From: Hyaloraphidium curvatum SAG 235-1
Lineage: Eukaryota; Fungi; Monoblepharomycota
Length of the DNA stretch: 64,000 bases
Direction: 5' to 3'
NCBI GenBank assembly: GCA_025558095.1
Contig: JAIVFI010000010.1
Span: 62,001 to 126,000, forward strand
This document shows, in pieces, positions 45,594-55,312 of this stretch. Under the pieces are notes generated by a model. That model ran no database searches, was not told the origin of the DNA, and saw only the letters and a program-made list of their open reading frames with translations. The translations under genes and the position numbers were made by a program. Each line of letters starts with the position of its first letter. Within the stretch, counting starts at the first letter, position 1.

Positions 45594-47021
45594 TCACTTG
45601 CCGCGGTACACCTTCCCGTCTGCCCATACGATCCGTTCGAGCGCGGCCCATCCGTCCGGATCCTTCTCCCTCTCCGCCTCCCTCGCCTTCCACGCCGCCC
45701 GCACGTGCTCGATCCCGATCCCACCCACCGCAAACATCGAATCCTCCGCCCGCGACACGTCCAGGATCCTCAGCCTGCGGAGCCGCCCGACCAGGCCGCG
45801 AAGGTCCGCGCCGTCCAGGAGGGCACGGTGCATGGTCAACCTCTCGACGTTTTCCGGGACCGCTACTTCTCCCGGCTGTCCGATGGACCGGCAGTCGGTG
45901 AGCTCGAGGGTGCGGAGGGAGAGCATGCGGCTGGGACGGCCCGGCCGAAGGGCGTTCCAGGCGATGGCAGAGGAGTTTGTCGACAGCGAGTTCAGCGAGT
46001 CCAGCAAGGCGGCCGGCAGGGAGTACGGTCCCGTGGCGAAGGTGCCGTGAACGTGGAGCACCCGCAGATGAGTGGCGGCGGCGAGCAGGGGCACAACGTC
46101 TGGGGTCAGGTGGGCACCTTTGTCCGTGGGGTCCGCGAGGATGCGCAGCTCTGTCAGGTGCGGGAATCCGGCGGCAGGAACCATCATTTGCCAATGCCGC
46201 TCGCCAAAGCACCAAGGTCGGTCCAGCACGACGGTTTCGAGCCAGGGGGCGTGGCCTCCAAACACCGCACGAGCCGTCGACGGCGAGACGAAGCTCGGCA
46301 CACCGTTGCCCGAAGGCTCGAGGGCGCCAAACCTCGCGAGCCTGATGCGGCGGAACCCGGGCACCGATTCTGCTTTGGCCCTGGCGGCTATGCGCTCCGC
46401 GAGCGCGGCCAGCGCGGCGTCCGATATCACCGGTACCACGCCGGGCTTCAAGAAGCGAACCGAACGCCCGGGTAGCGGCACGCCCGTCAAGTCCAGCGAA
46501 TGCCAGAGGGTCGGATCGTCGGCTACACCTGCCGCAGTGCGGCAGAGCCGGCGAACACGGAGGCACTGGTGAGGCATGAGGTAGGAGAAGACTTGCAGCA
46601 GGACCTCGTAGGGCAGGGCGACAAAGGGAACGGGGTCCGACTTGAGCTTCGCCTTGGCCTTCGGTGCAGCCACGACCGTGGTCCCGCCGACGACGCCGCC
46701 GACGCCTTTCTGGACTGTTCCGCGGCGCTGCAGAACAGGGACCGCCGGGCCTTTTGCCCTCAGCTTCGCGGCCTCTTTCTTCCTTGCCCCCATGTCGACC
46801 CAGCCGGGCGGCAACTTGCGCTTTTTCGCGTCGTCCGGTTTTTCGGCTCCTTTGGGCGCCTCCTTCCCCGGACCGGGTCCCGCAAGAGCTTTTGGGTTCG
46901 CCCCTCTAGGCGGTACCGCGGCCGCCGGCCCCTTCCCGCCATCGGCGCGTGCGGGCTTCTCCGGTCCGATGGCCTGCGAGAGCATTGCGGCGTAGGTGCC
47001 GCCTGCCCCCTGGCCCGCCAT
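45594..47021 (-). CDS. F-box/LRR-like protein
   Basis: LPYEVLLQVFSYL..VRRLCR..DPTLWHSLDL followed by LxxLxL repeats. Confidence 0.8.
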   Translation of the reverse strand: MAGQGAGGTYAAMLSQAIGPEKPARADGGKGPAAAVPPRGANPKALAGPGPGKEAPKGAEKPDDAKKRKLPPGWVDMGARKKEAAKLRAKGPAVPVLQRRGTVQKGVGGVVGGTTVVAAPKAKAKLKSDPVPFVALPYEVLLQVFSYLMPHQCLRVRRLCRTAAGVADDPTLWHSLDLTGVPLPGRSVRFLKPGVVPVISDAALAALAERIAARAKAESVPGFRRIRLARFGALEPSGNGVPSFVSPSTARAVFGGHAPWLETVVLDRPWCFGERHWQMMVPAAGFPHLTELRILADPTDKGAHLTPDVVPLLAAATHLRVLHVHGTFATGPYSLPAALLDSLNSLSTNSSAIAWNALRPGRPSRMLSLRTLELTDCRSIGQPGEVAVPENVERLTMHRALLDGADLRGLVGRLRRLRILDVSRAEDSMFAVGGIGIEHVRAAWKAREAEREKDPDGWAALERIVWADGKVYRGK

Positions 47022-47148
47022 GGCCTTGTTGACGAAGTTCGCGGTTCGGTCGTCCCGCGCCAAATAAGACGCTGCAAACCTTCTACCTCCGACTCGCACG
47101 CCGTATCGCCAGTTTTACGCAGTTCGACACGCCTACGACGCGTCAATC

Positions 47149-48494
47149 ATGCCAAACATTGAGAATCTGACACCAATCGCGCGGCATTTCCTCCGCGCCC
47201 CCTCCCGCGACCCCATTCTCGTGGCGGCGGCGCTGGGGGACCTGGAGTCGATGAAAGCCATCGTGGAGCTGCGAAAACTGTCTGCAGAGGAGTTGTGCGG
47301 CATCACAACCTATCTGAGTGACTTTGAGCTCGACGATTTCCGCTGGCCCTCCGTCTGCGACGTGCCCCAACTCGCGGCCGACGGGGACCACGTCGGCATT
47401 CTTGACTACTGGGTTTCAAAAGGCTACCCGATGCCGTTTCAGGTCGTGCTTCTGGCCGCTTAGCAGGCCGGTGCCGCGGAAGCAGTGGCTTTTCTCCAGC
47501 GCAGCAGGGCCGCATCAACGACACGACTGACGGCCATCTGATGACCTTCGACGACCTGGCAAGCGCCCTGTGCGCGCTCACCCACCCTATTGGAATCCTA
47601 TCGCGCGAGCGTCTGGAGAAGTGCGCGGACGTGCTGGTCCGGCACTTCAGGGTCCCATTCCTCGACGGACCCGAGGCTCTGGGGGTCCAGCGGAACGAAA
47701 TGGGCGGCACCTGTAGCCTGCCGATCGTGTGTTGTCACATGTCAGATCATGCGTACGAGGTTTTGAAGGACCGTTTTGGACACGGACCTATTTGGGACGA
47801 ACGCGCTGCGTTCTTCGACAAAATCATGGAAGGGTGCGCCGTGGACGTCGGCGGGCCCGTGCATGCCCCGCGACGCTTCCTGCGCATCCTCCGCGACTTC
47901 TTCCCCGATCCGGAACAGCAGCAACAGATCCTCCGGGAGCAGCTGCCCCAGATCCTCGAGCATTGTAGGCACGAAGGGACCTACCGCCTCATGCTCGACA
48001 GCGGCGTGGTGAACGCGGACGCGGATCTGATGACCAGGCTTCTTGCGGTGGACCCCAAGGTCATCTGACCGTGGGGCAGCATGAGCGAAGTCGAGCCGGC
48101 CGAGATGTCCCCGTTCCGGAGGGACCTCTTCCGCACTCTGGACATGCTCGCCCGCCGCATCGTCCGATTCCATGGCTGCTTTGCAGGGGGATCCCTCGCC
48201 CTGGCCGCTGCGATCGAGGAGACCAAGCCGTCAGGTGCGGATCCAAACAAGGAGAGGAAGCCCCTTTTGGATGGCCACGCGCTCGTCCTCCTCCTCCTCT
48301 ACCACGGCGCCGAACCGGACCATCCGCACGTGAGGAAGAACCTGCGCAGCGGGACGGGAACGTACAAGGGGCTGCGGGATCGCATCGTAGAGGCGGCGAG
48401 GTGGCGGAAGCGCGTGCACGAGAGCAACATCGACAACCTGCCGCCCGAGGTCAAGGAGCGGATCCTGCTGTCGGTTTGGGAGGACGAACTGTAG
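47149..48494 (+). pseudogene. Disrupted ankyrin-like gene with C-terminal F-box-like motif
   Basis: TAG at 47461, frameshift near 47505, in-frame TGA at 48066; ankyrin-like AAALGDLESMKAI and LLLYHGAEPD; terminal IDNLPPEVKERIL. Confidence 0.6.
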
Positions 48495-48638
48495 ATGTGC
48501 ATCGCTTTTGTTGGAAACTGCTTGTTGTGTCGCTTCCTGGGCGGATGACTCGTTAGGGTCCGCCGTTGGCGCAGCGTCTCGGCGTCCCCAAACTAGGCGA
48601 CGTGAATCACACCACATCCCCACACACGCTCGGTCGCG

Positions 48639-50045
48639 ATGCACCTTCCGTGGTCCCTCACAGGGGGCCGCACGCAGGTTATAGTCGTCTCCCTCCTCGC
48701 CTTCGCCTGTCCCGGCATGTTCAACGCCCTCAACGGCCTCGGCGGCGCCGGCTCCAGCGACGCAACGACCGCCAACAACGCCAACACAGCGCTCTACGCC
48801 TGCTTCGCCGTCTTCGGGTACTTCGGCGGCTTCATCTTTGACCTCCTCGGGAGCTGGGCGAACCGGATTCTATTGGGCGTCGGCGGGGCGACCTACGTCT
48901 TCTACGCCGTCGCGCAGTACGTCGCGGGCCACGTCGCCGGCATGGGCTGGATCGCCATCCTCTCCGGCGCGCTTCTCGGTGCCGGCGCGGGCCTTTTCTG
49001 GACCGCGCAGGGGGCCATGATGCTCGCCTACGCCCCCGAAGACCTCAAAGGCACCTACATCGCCATCTTCTGGGTCATTTTCAACCTCGGCGGGTTCCTG
49101 GGCGGCCTGCTCGTGTTCGGCATCAACTACGACGACGTCGAACCGGACGCTTCTCCGGCAACCTACTTCACGTTTGCCGGGATCATGGCCGCGGGCTCCC
49201 TTGCCGCATTCTTCCTCGTCGTGGACCCGCGCAGGGTCGTCCGGGAGGACGGCGAGCCCGTGGCGTTCAAACCCTCCGGCAACCCGTTCGCCCAGCTCAA
49301 GGAGATCGCGCTCCTCTTCCTCGACCGGCGGATGCTCCTCCTGACGCCGCTCTTCGCGGCGAGCAACTTCTTCTACAGCTACCAGTTCAACGCCGTCAAC
49401 GGAGCCTTGTTCACCGTGCGCGCCCGCGGATTGAACAGCGCGCTTTACTGGGCGTCGCAGATGCTCGGCAGCTGGGTGCTCGGGCAGCTCTTCTTGGACC
49501 GAAAATCCATGGGCCGCCGCAAACGCGCCGTCTGGGGCGGCATCATCCTGGCCGCGTTCTTCACCGTCGCCTGGGCGCTCGGATGCTACCTCCAGTTCGG
49601 CTGGCGCGGCGGATACTCCTCCCCCGCCGACGTTGGGCAGCCGATCGACATCACCGACTCGGCAGCCTACGCCTTCCCCATCGTCGTTTTCCTCCTGTAC
49701 GGGATCGGCGACGCCATGCTCCAGGTCTACGCCTACTACATCATGGGCGCCCTGACGGACGATCTCTCGAAATCGGCCGCGTACGCGGGGTACTACAAGG
49801 GCATCCAGAGCGCTTTCGCCGCCGTGGCGTGGCAGCTGGACAACGTCGCCAGCTGGCGGGCGCAGTTCATCGTCAACTGGGTGCTCTTCACGCTCTCGGT
49901 GCCCTTCTACATGTGGGTGGCGCTGAAGCACGTCGAGGACACCAAGGTCGAGACGCTGCGGCGGACGCTCGCGCGGGCGCAGGGGGAGGCGGTCAAGGGC
50001 GCGGATGCCAAGGTGGTCGCGCAGGCGGAGTCCGTGGAGGCCTGA
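48639..50045 (+). CDS. UNC93-like MFS transporter, intronless
   Basis: CPGMFNALNGLGGAG, GAGLFWTAQG, AIFWVIFNLG, YAGYYKGIQSA. Confidence 0.9.
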   Translation: MHLPWSLTGGRTQVIVVSLLAFACPGMFNALNGLGGAGSSDATTANNANTALYACFAVFGYFGGFIFDLLGSWANRILLGVGGATYVFYAVAQYVAGHVAGMGWIAILSGALLGAGAGLFWTAQGAMMLAYAPEDLKGTYIAIFWVIFNLGGFLGGLLVFGINYDDVEPDASPATYFTFAGIMAAGSLAAFFLVVDPRRVVREDGEPVAFKPSGNPFAQLKEIALLFLDRRMLLLTPLFAASNFFYSYQFNAVNGALFTVRARGLNSALYWASQMLGSWVLGQLFLDRKSMGRRKRAVWGGIILAAFFTVAWALGCYLQFGWRGGYSSPADVGQPIDITDSAAYAFPIVVFLLYGIGDAMLQVYAYYIMGALTDDLSKSAAYAGYYKGIQSAFAAVAWQLDNVASWRAQFIVNWVLFTLSVPFYMWVALKHVEDTKVETLRRTLARAQGEAVKGADAKVVAQAESVEA

Positions 50046-50337
50046 TTGCCGGTCATGAATGTCTAGAACGGCAACAATAAGCATCACCTTGCGGACCATG
50101 AGGTGGCTTCATCTCGCCAATCGCCAACGTTCTACATCGATCGATCCGGCAGGCAAATCGCGTCAGCAGAGTAAAACCTACCACCAACGCTTCGTGCCGC
50201 ACGAGCAGACTCCTTCCCTACTATGCTTCATAATGATGGGGCGTCGGATATTCGGGGCCGAGCAGCGACTGCACGGGTTTGTCGTGCCGGCCCGCGCGCC
50301 GGTCGCAAGTTTCCTCACCCCGGCGGGCTAAACCGCC

Positions 50338-52786
50338 ATGGACGACGGCGGAAGCGACGGCAGCGCGCCGGGTGCCACCGCCCGCGCGTCCTGCGCCCTG
50401 TGCGCCCGGCTGAAAAAGGTAATGAATCGGGGATCGCCGGAGCCCTGCCGTTCTTCTGACCTGCGGACCGCAGCGGTGCACGTACGACGGCGCGTCGGAC
50501 GCGTGTACGCGGTGCGTGCGGCTCTCCAAGTCGTGCGAGCCCGCGGACACGAGCCTCAGCCGGCGGCAGCGCGAGAAGCTGCGGCGGGCGGGCCGCCTCC
50601 CGACGGCGCTGTCGCGGCCCGCGGAGAGCGGCAGCTCGGGCTCTTCCGCGGGCCCTTCTCCCGGGGCGAACCTGCAAAGCGAATTGGCGGAGCAGGTTGC
50701 GGCGCTGTCGGCCAGTGCGGCGGCGGCAGACGCGGCCGCGGCGAGCCTGGCCAGGTTCTCGGTGAACGCGCCCAAAATCGCGGCCGAGGCGCTTTCGGGC
50801 ACAATTGTTCCCGCCCTTCCCCCTCTTTCCTACGCGGCATCGAGCCCGGCCGGCTCGGGCTCGATCTCGTCCCCTCCGGCCGGCTCGCCGTGGAGCCCAT
50901 TCTCTCCCCCGGCGTGGCTGTCGTCCATGTCGGACGGCATCGCCTCCCCGCCGATGCGTGCGGCCGCACCGGACCCCTACTTTGCGCCGGAAGGCACCCG
51001 GCGGACATTTGCCCCACCGGCGGGCTCCCCGCCGACCGTCTTCGCCGCCTGGCCGCTGAGGAACGAGACGCCTGCCTTCGTGCTGCCCGCGCCGAGCCCT
51101 AACACCGGCCCGCAGCCCTCCTTCCCCGCCGATCAAATCCTTTCCGCCGTCTCGGCATACTGGACCTACGTGCACCCCATGCTCCCGATCCTGCACCGGC
51201 CCTCGATCGAAGCCGCTTTCTCGACGCTCGGCGAGGGCTCCGTGTACGGCTCCAGCCGCCCCTTGGCCCTGCTCTACCTCATGGCCGCGCTCGGCGTGCG
51301 CGAGCTCGTCGCGACGCCCGAGGTGGAGAAGCTGCGGATGGCCAAAGCGTGCTCGGAAAAGGCCAAGGAGCTGCTGCTGGCCGGCCACCTGGGCCACGCG
51401 CCGGGGGCGGCCAGGATGACGGACCTCGAGGCGCTGCAGTGCGTGATCTTGCTGCTGCAGACGTCGTTTCCCGCGGGGCAGTCGGGCGGGTCGCAGGATT
51501 TGCTCGCGCACGCGCTGGGGGCCATGCGGCGGCTATGCCTCGATGCCGAGGGGAGGTTCGTGTGCGGATCGCGCAAGCCCGCCACGGCCGCCGAGTGGAT
51601 CACGAACGAGTCGGCGCTGAGGTGCTACACCACGTTTGCCAGCGTCGAAATGTGGGTGACAGGCGCACGTTGCTTCTTGTCCCCCGCTGAATTCCAAACA
51701 TTCCCCCCTCCCCAGTGGCCTGGCCTACTTTGCCGTCCGCGAGCCCATCTACGACTTCTTCGAACGCCCCATCCCGCTCCCTTGCGAGGAGACGCTCTTC
51801 GACCAGCCCACCCCGGAAAGCGCCTTCGAGCACCTCACCCTGTCGTCGTCGACGTCCCCCGCCAACGGCACCATCTTCGTGGACTTTGGCCGCTTCCTGC
51901 TCAACCCCACTCCGGACGGGGCCCGAGCAATGGTCCTCGAGATCCTTGGCCCCGTTCTCTCGGGCCGTTGCAGCCCGTGCTCCGTCATCTGGCTCAACAC
52001 CGTGCTCCGCGTGATGCGCCACCGCCTGCGCTCGTTCGCGGCCATGCGGGGGATCGACGCCGTGGCGGCCATGACCAAGAACAGCGCCTTCTGCGGCCCG
52101 GCCGAGACCGCGTACCGCGAGCGGGTCCGCGCGTGCGACCTCATCGTCTCGACCTTCTTTGCCTCGCTCCCCACCTCCGTCGCCGGCGCCGTCGCCGACG
52201 GCATCATCCGCCCGCTCCTGCGCCCACACGGCCCCTTCGTGACCCTCGGCTCGGCGCACTACTTCCTCTCCACCGCGCTGGTCCTCGAATCCTTTGTCGT
52301 CGAGCAGTTCTTCGGCGACTCCAACCCCCCCGGCCTCCCGCGCGACGCGCCCCTGGCGCCCTACTTCCCGCGCCTCCTCCGCGCCTCCTCCTCCTTCTGC
52401 GCCTCCCTCGCCGGCCTGCTGCACAGCAACCCGCCCCTGCGCTGGATACACTTTATCCTCGTCGCTCCCTCCCTACGCGTTGGCGCCGTCGCGCTCGCGG
52501 CGCTGCGCGCGTCCCCGCCCGAGGACCCCGACAGGCCCGACCCGGCGCAGATGGCCAGGGCGGCGGAGCTGAGGACCGTGGCGAGGGCGCTGGACGCCAT
52601 CGCGGAGAGGTTCGGGTCGCTGAGTGGGTTCCCCGTCTTTGCGGTGCGCGGATGCGGGGCTGACCCGGGCGAACAGCGAGGTTCTACGCCGAGGGGTTCA
52701 AGAAGGCCATGCTGGAGGCGGGGGTGCAGCCCGATCCGGCACCGGCGATTGCGATGGCGGGGCTCGATGGGCTGGTGGTGGGTTGA
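50338..52786 (+). CDS. Zn2Cys6 (Gal4-type) transcription factor with fungal middle homology domain
   Basis: SCALCARLKK|RCTYD..ACTRCVRLSKSC across intron 50419-50473; YWTYVHPMLPILHRPS. Confidence 0.85.
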
Positions 52787-52941
52787 CGGGCGGACAGCGA
52801 GTGGGTGGGAGGGCTGCGCCACGGTAGTCTCGGTTGGTCAGGGTACGTTGGTTCAATTCATGAAACGCGGCTTGCTGCTGCACACACGTCACGTTCGAAG
52901 CGACGGCAGCGTCCTTTGATTTCCTGGCTCTACTTTCTGCC

Positions 52942-53362
52942 CTAGTAGTTGCCGAGCCAGAACCTGCGGATGTCGTCCTCCGACCCCAGCCCCCTGCTGC
53001 CCGCAATGTCGTTGTCCTGCGACGATCGTTGATCGGATATCCGGCACGTACGGCGCACCGGCGCGCGGCCCACCTTGATCCTGACGGCGCCCGGGAACGG
53101 GCAGCCCATCTCTTCGGCGGCGGCGGCGTCGGTGCAGTGCCTGAGCTCGCAGCCCGCGTTCTCGGCCGGCATGCCGTGGCGCGCAAACTGGTCCACGAGC
53201 GGGCTCCTGGTTCCCGCGGGGCGGGCGCGTCGTCAGGGGGCGGCGGAGGGCTGCGGAGCGCGGAACCCACTCCTCGGGGGCGAAGATGATGGCGCCGTCG
53301 GAGGAGCCGTAGCGGAAGCCCATGAGGTCGTGCCCCGCGGCGGAGATTTGCTCGATGCCCAT
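52942..53362 (-). CDS. Small hypothetical protein (2 introns)
   Basis: MGIEQISAAGHDLMGFRYGSSDGAIIFAPEE..; GT-AG introns join coding-biased segments. Confidence 0.5.
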
Positions 53363-53562
53363 GGCTGCGGACGTCTGGAGGGGCGGGGCAGGAGCTTGCT
53401 GCTGACGGGGGACTGCGGGCCAATTGCGCCGCTGGCCGCATATTATTGGGCCGCAGTCGCCGCAACGGCCTGGACCCGGCGTCTCCCGCACTCCAGCATG
53501 CACGCAGTAGCGTTCCAGTTTGCAGTTCCATAATAGTCATTGTTGCCGTTCTTGGCCTGACC

Positions 53563-53704
53563 TGACCGGCAATCAGGCCTCCACCGACTCCACCTGCGCA
53601 ACCACCTTGGCATCCGCGCCCTTGACCGTGTACAACCGCCTCCCCCTTCCGCCGCAGCGTCTATCTGGACCTTCGTGTCCTCGACGTGCTTCAGCGCCAC
53701 CCAC
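53563..53704 (-). repeat. Degenerate inverted copy of the UNC93-like gene 3' end (49913..50055)
   Basis: Encodes WVALKHVEDTKV and carries CAAGGGCGCGGATGCCAAGGTGGT..GAGGCCTGATTGCCGGTCA on the minus strand. Confidence 0.9.
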
Positions 53705-53915
53705 GCCTTCCAGGCAGCCAACTGCGAGTCAGCTGCGGTTCGGTTCAACGTCACCGCGCCGCCACCTTAGGCAGTTGTACATCTGTGGTTTACATCTGTG
53801 GTTGAAGCATCCGTCCAACGACGTAACACCTCGAGCAAATCAGTAGCAGCCTACCCAATATTAGCATGTGTCGCGATCTCAAATTCCTGTAAACAGTAGC
53901 CGAATATGCATTACA

Positions 53916-55130
53916 TTAGGCGGATTGCGTGGTCGTGGCCCGCTTCGTGGTCGCGCGCTTCGTCGTCGTCCTCCGCCGCGTCGTCGTCTTCTTGGGCCCT
54001 GCGACCTGCAGCCGCACCCTGACGTCCCCATCCCACCAGCTCGACGCGGCCAAATCCAGCGCCCCGTCGCCGTTCAGATCCGCCGGCGCGACGGAGAAGG
54101 GCCCCTGCCCCACCGCGTAGTCCACCCGGGCCGCGAACCGCCTCCCGCCCAGCCCGCGGAGGAAGCTGACGGGGTCGCCGCCCCGCGACACGAGGGTGGG
54201 GTAGTTCCCGCGGATGCAGGCCGCGAGGATGTCGGGACGGCCGTCGCCGTCGAGGTCCGCGATCGCGACGCCCTTTGGCGTGCGGCCGGTGGCAAGGTAG
54301 GTCGGGGACGAAAAGGCGCCGCCGGGGAGGCCGAAATAGACCGAAACGGTATCGGAGCCGTCGTTGGCGGCCGCGAGGTCCAGGAATCCGTCGCCGTCGA
54401 GGTCGGCGGTGCGGATGGAATGGGGCCCGACGCCCGAGGGGTAGCTGCGCTGCGCCCTGAAGCCTCCGCCGCCGGTCGCGATGAAGACGCCGACGGTGTT
54501 GCTGCCGTGGTTGGCGACGGCAAAATCGAGCCACCCGTCGCGGTTGAAGTCCCCGACGGCGACGCTGTGCGGCTCGGCGCCTGACGCCAGGGTCCGCGAC
54601 GACCCGAACGCGCCCCCGCCGGTGCCGAACAGGACCTTAACGATCGACCCGCCCCAGCCGGCAACGACGACGTCCATCTTGCCGTCCTTGTTGAAGTCCG
54701 CGATCACGGCCTCGTGCGCCCCGGGCACCGCCTTGTAGTCGGCCGAGTACGCAAAGGCGCCGCCGCCGATGTTGAGCAGCACCGAGATTGTGCCCGACGC
54801 CTGGTTCGCCGTCACGATGTCGGGCCGCCCGTCGCCGTTGACGTCCCCGACGGCCACCGACTTGGGCTCGCAGCCGTCGGGCAGGGAATATTTGGCTGCT
54901 CGTAGGAAGGTGCCGTCGCCGCGGCCCCGCATGACGGCCACCGTGGCGTCGCCCGCATTGGCGGAGATGAGGTCGGGTTTGCCGTCGCCGTTGATGTCCA
55001 CGGCCCTTACGGCGTGGGCGTGGACGCCGCTCGAGTATGCGGCGGCGGGCCGAAGCGTCGGCGCGCCAATCGCGGGCACCGCCGCCGCGATCAGCGCAAT
55101 CGCAACGAAAAGGCCTTGCCGGTAGCGCAT
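53916..55130 (-). CDS. Secreted 7-blade FG-GAP/VCBS beta-propeller protein, intronless
   Basis: Signal peptide; seven D-x-(N/D)-x-D-G-x-x-D loops; basic Thr-rich tail. Confidence 0.9.
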   Translation of the reverse strand: MRYRQGLFVAIALIAAAVPAIGAPTLRPAAAYSSGVHAHAVRAVDINGDGKPDLISANAGDATVAVMRGRGDGTFLRAAKYSLPDGCEPKSVAVGDVNGDGRPDIVTANQASGTISVLLNIGGGAFAYSADYKAVPGAHEAVIADFNKDGKMDVVVAGWGGSIVKVLFGTGGGAFGSSRTLASGAEPHSVAVGDFNRDGWLDFAVANHGSNTVGVFIATGGGGFRAQRSYPSGVGPHSIRTADLDGDGFLDLAAANDGSDTVSVYFGLPGGAFSSPTYLATGRTPKGVAIADLDGDGRPDILAACIRGNYPTLVSRGGDPVSFLRGLGGRRFAARVDYAVGQGPFSVAPADLNGDGALDLAASSWWDGDVRVRLQVAGPKKTTTRRRTTTKRATTKRATTTQSA

Positions 55131-55312
55131 CGCAGGCAGCGGACGCCGGCGAGGCCGAGGGGGATGGGGATGGGAAAGTTGACGAGGGATCCCCGACTCC
55201 GCCACACCGCGGGTCCAGTACGTGAGCGGTTGATTCGGCACCAGCTGGACAAAACGAGGAACGCCGGCGAGCTCGACGGAAATAAATGCGCTGCAGCTTC
55301 GACAGACCAGCC

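Noticed and set aside
48060-48075. Selenocysteine readthrough of in-frame TGA (also considered at 19753, 29165 and 40745)
   Set aside because: No redox motif context or visible SECIS; other disabling lesions or frame changes explain these stops
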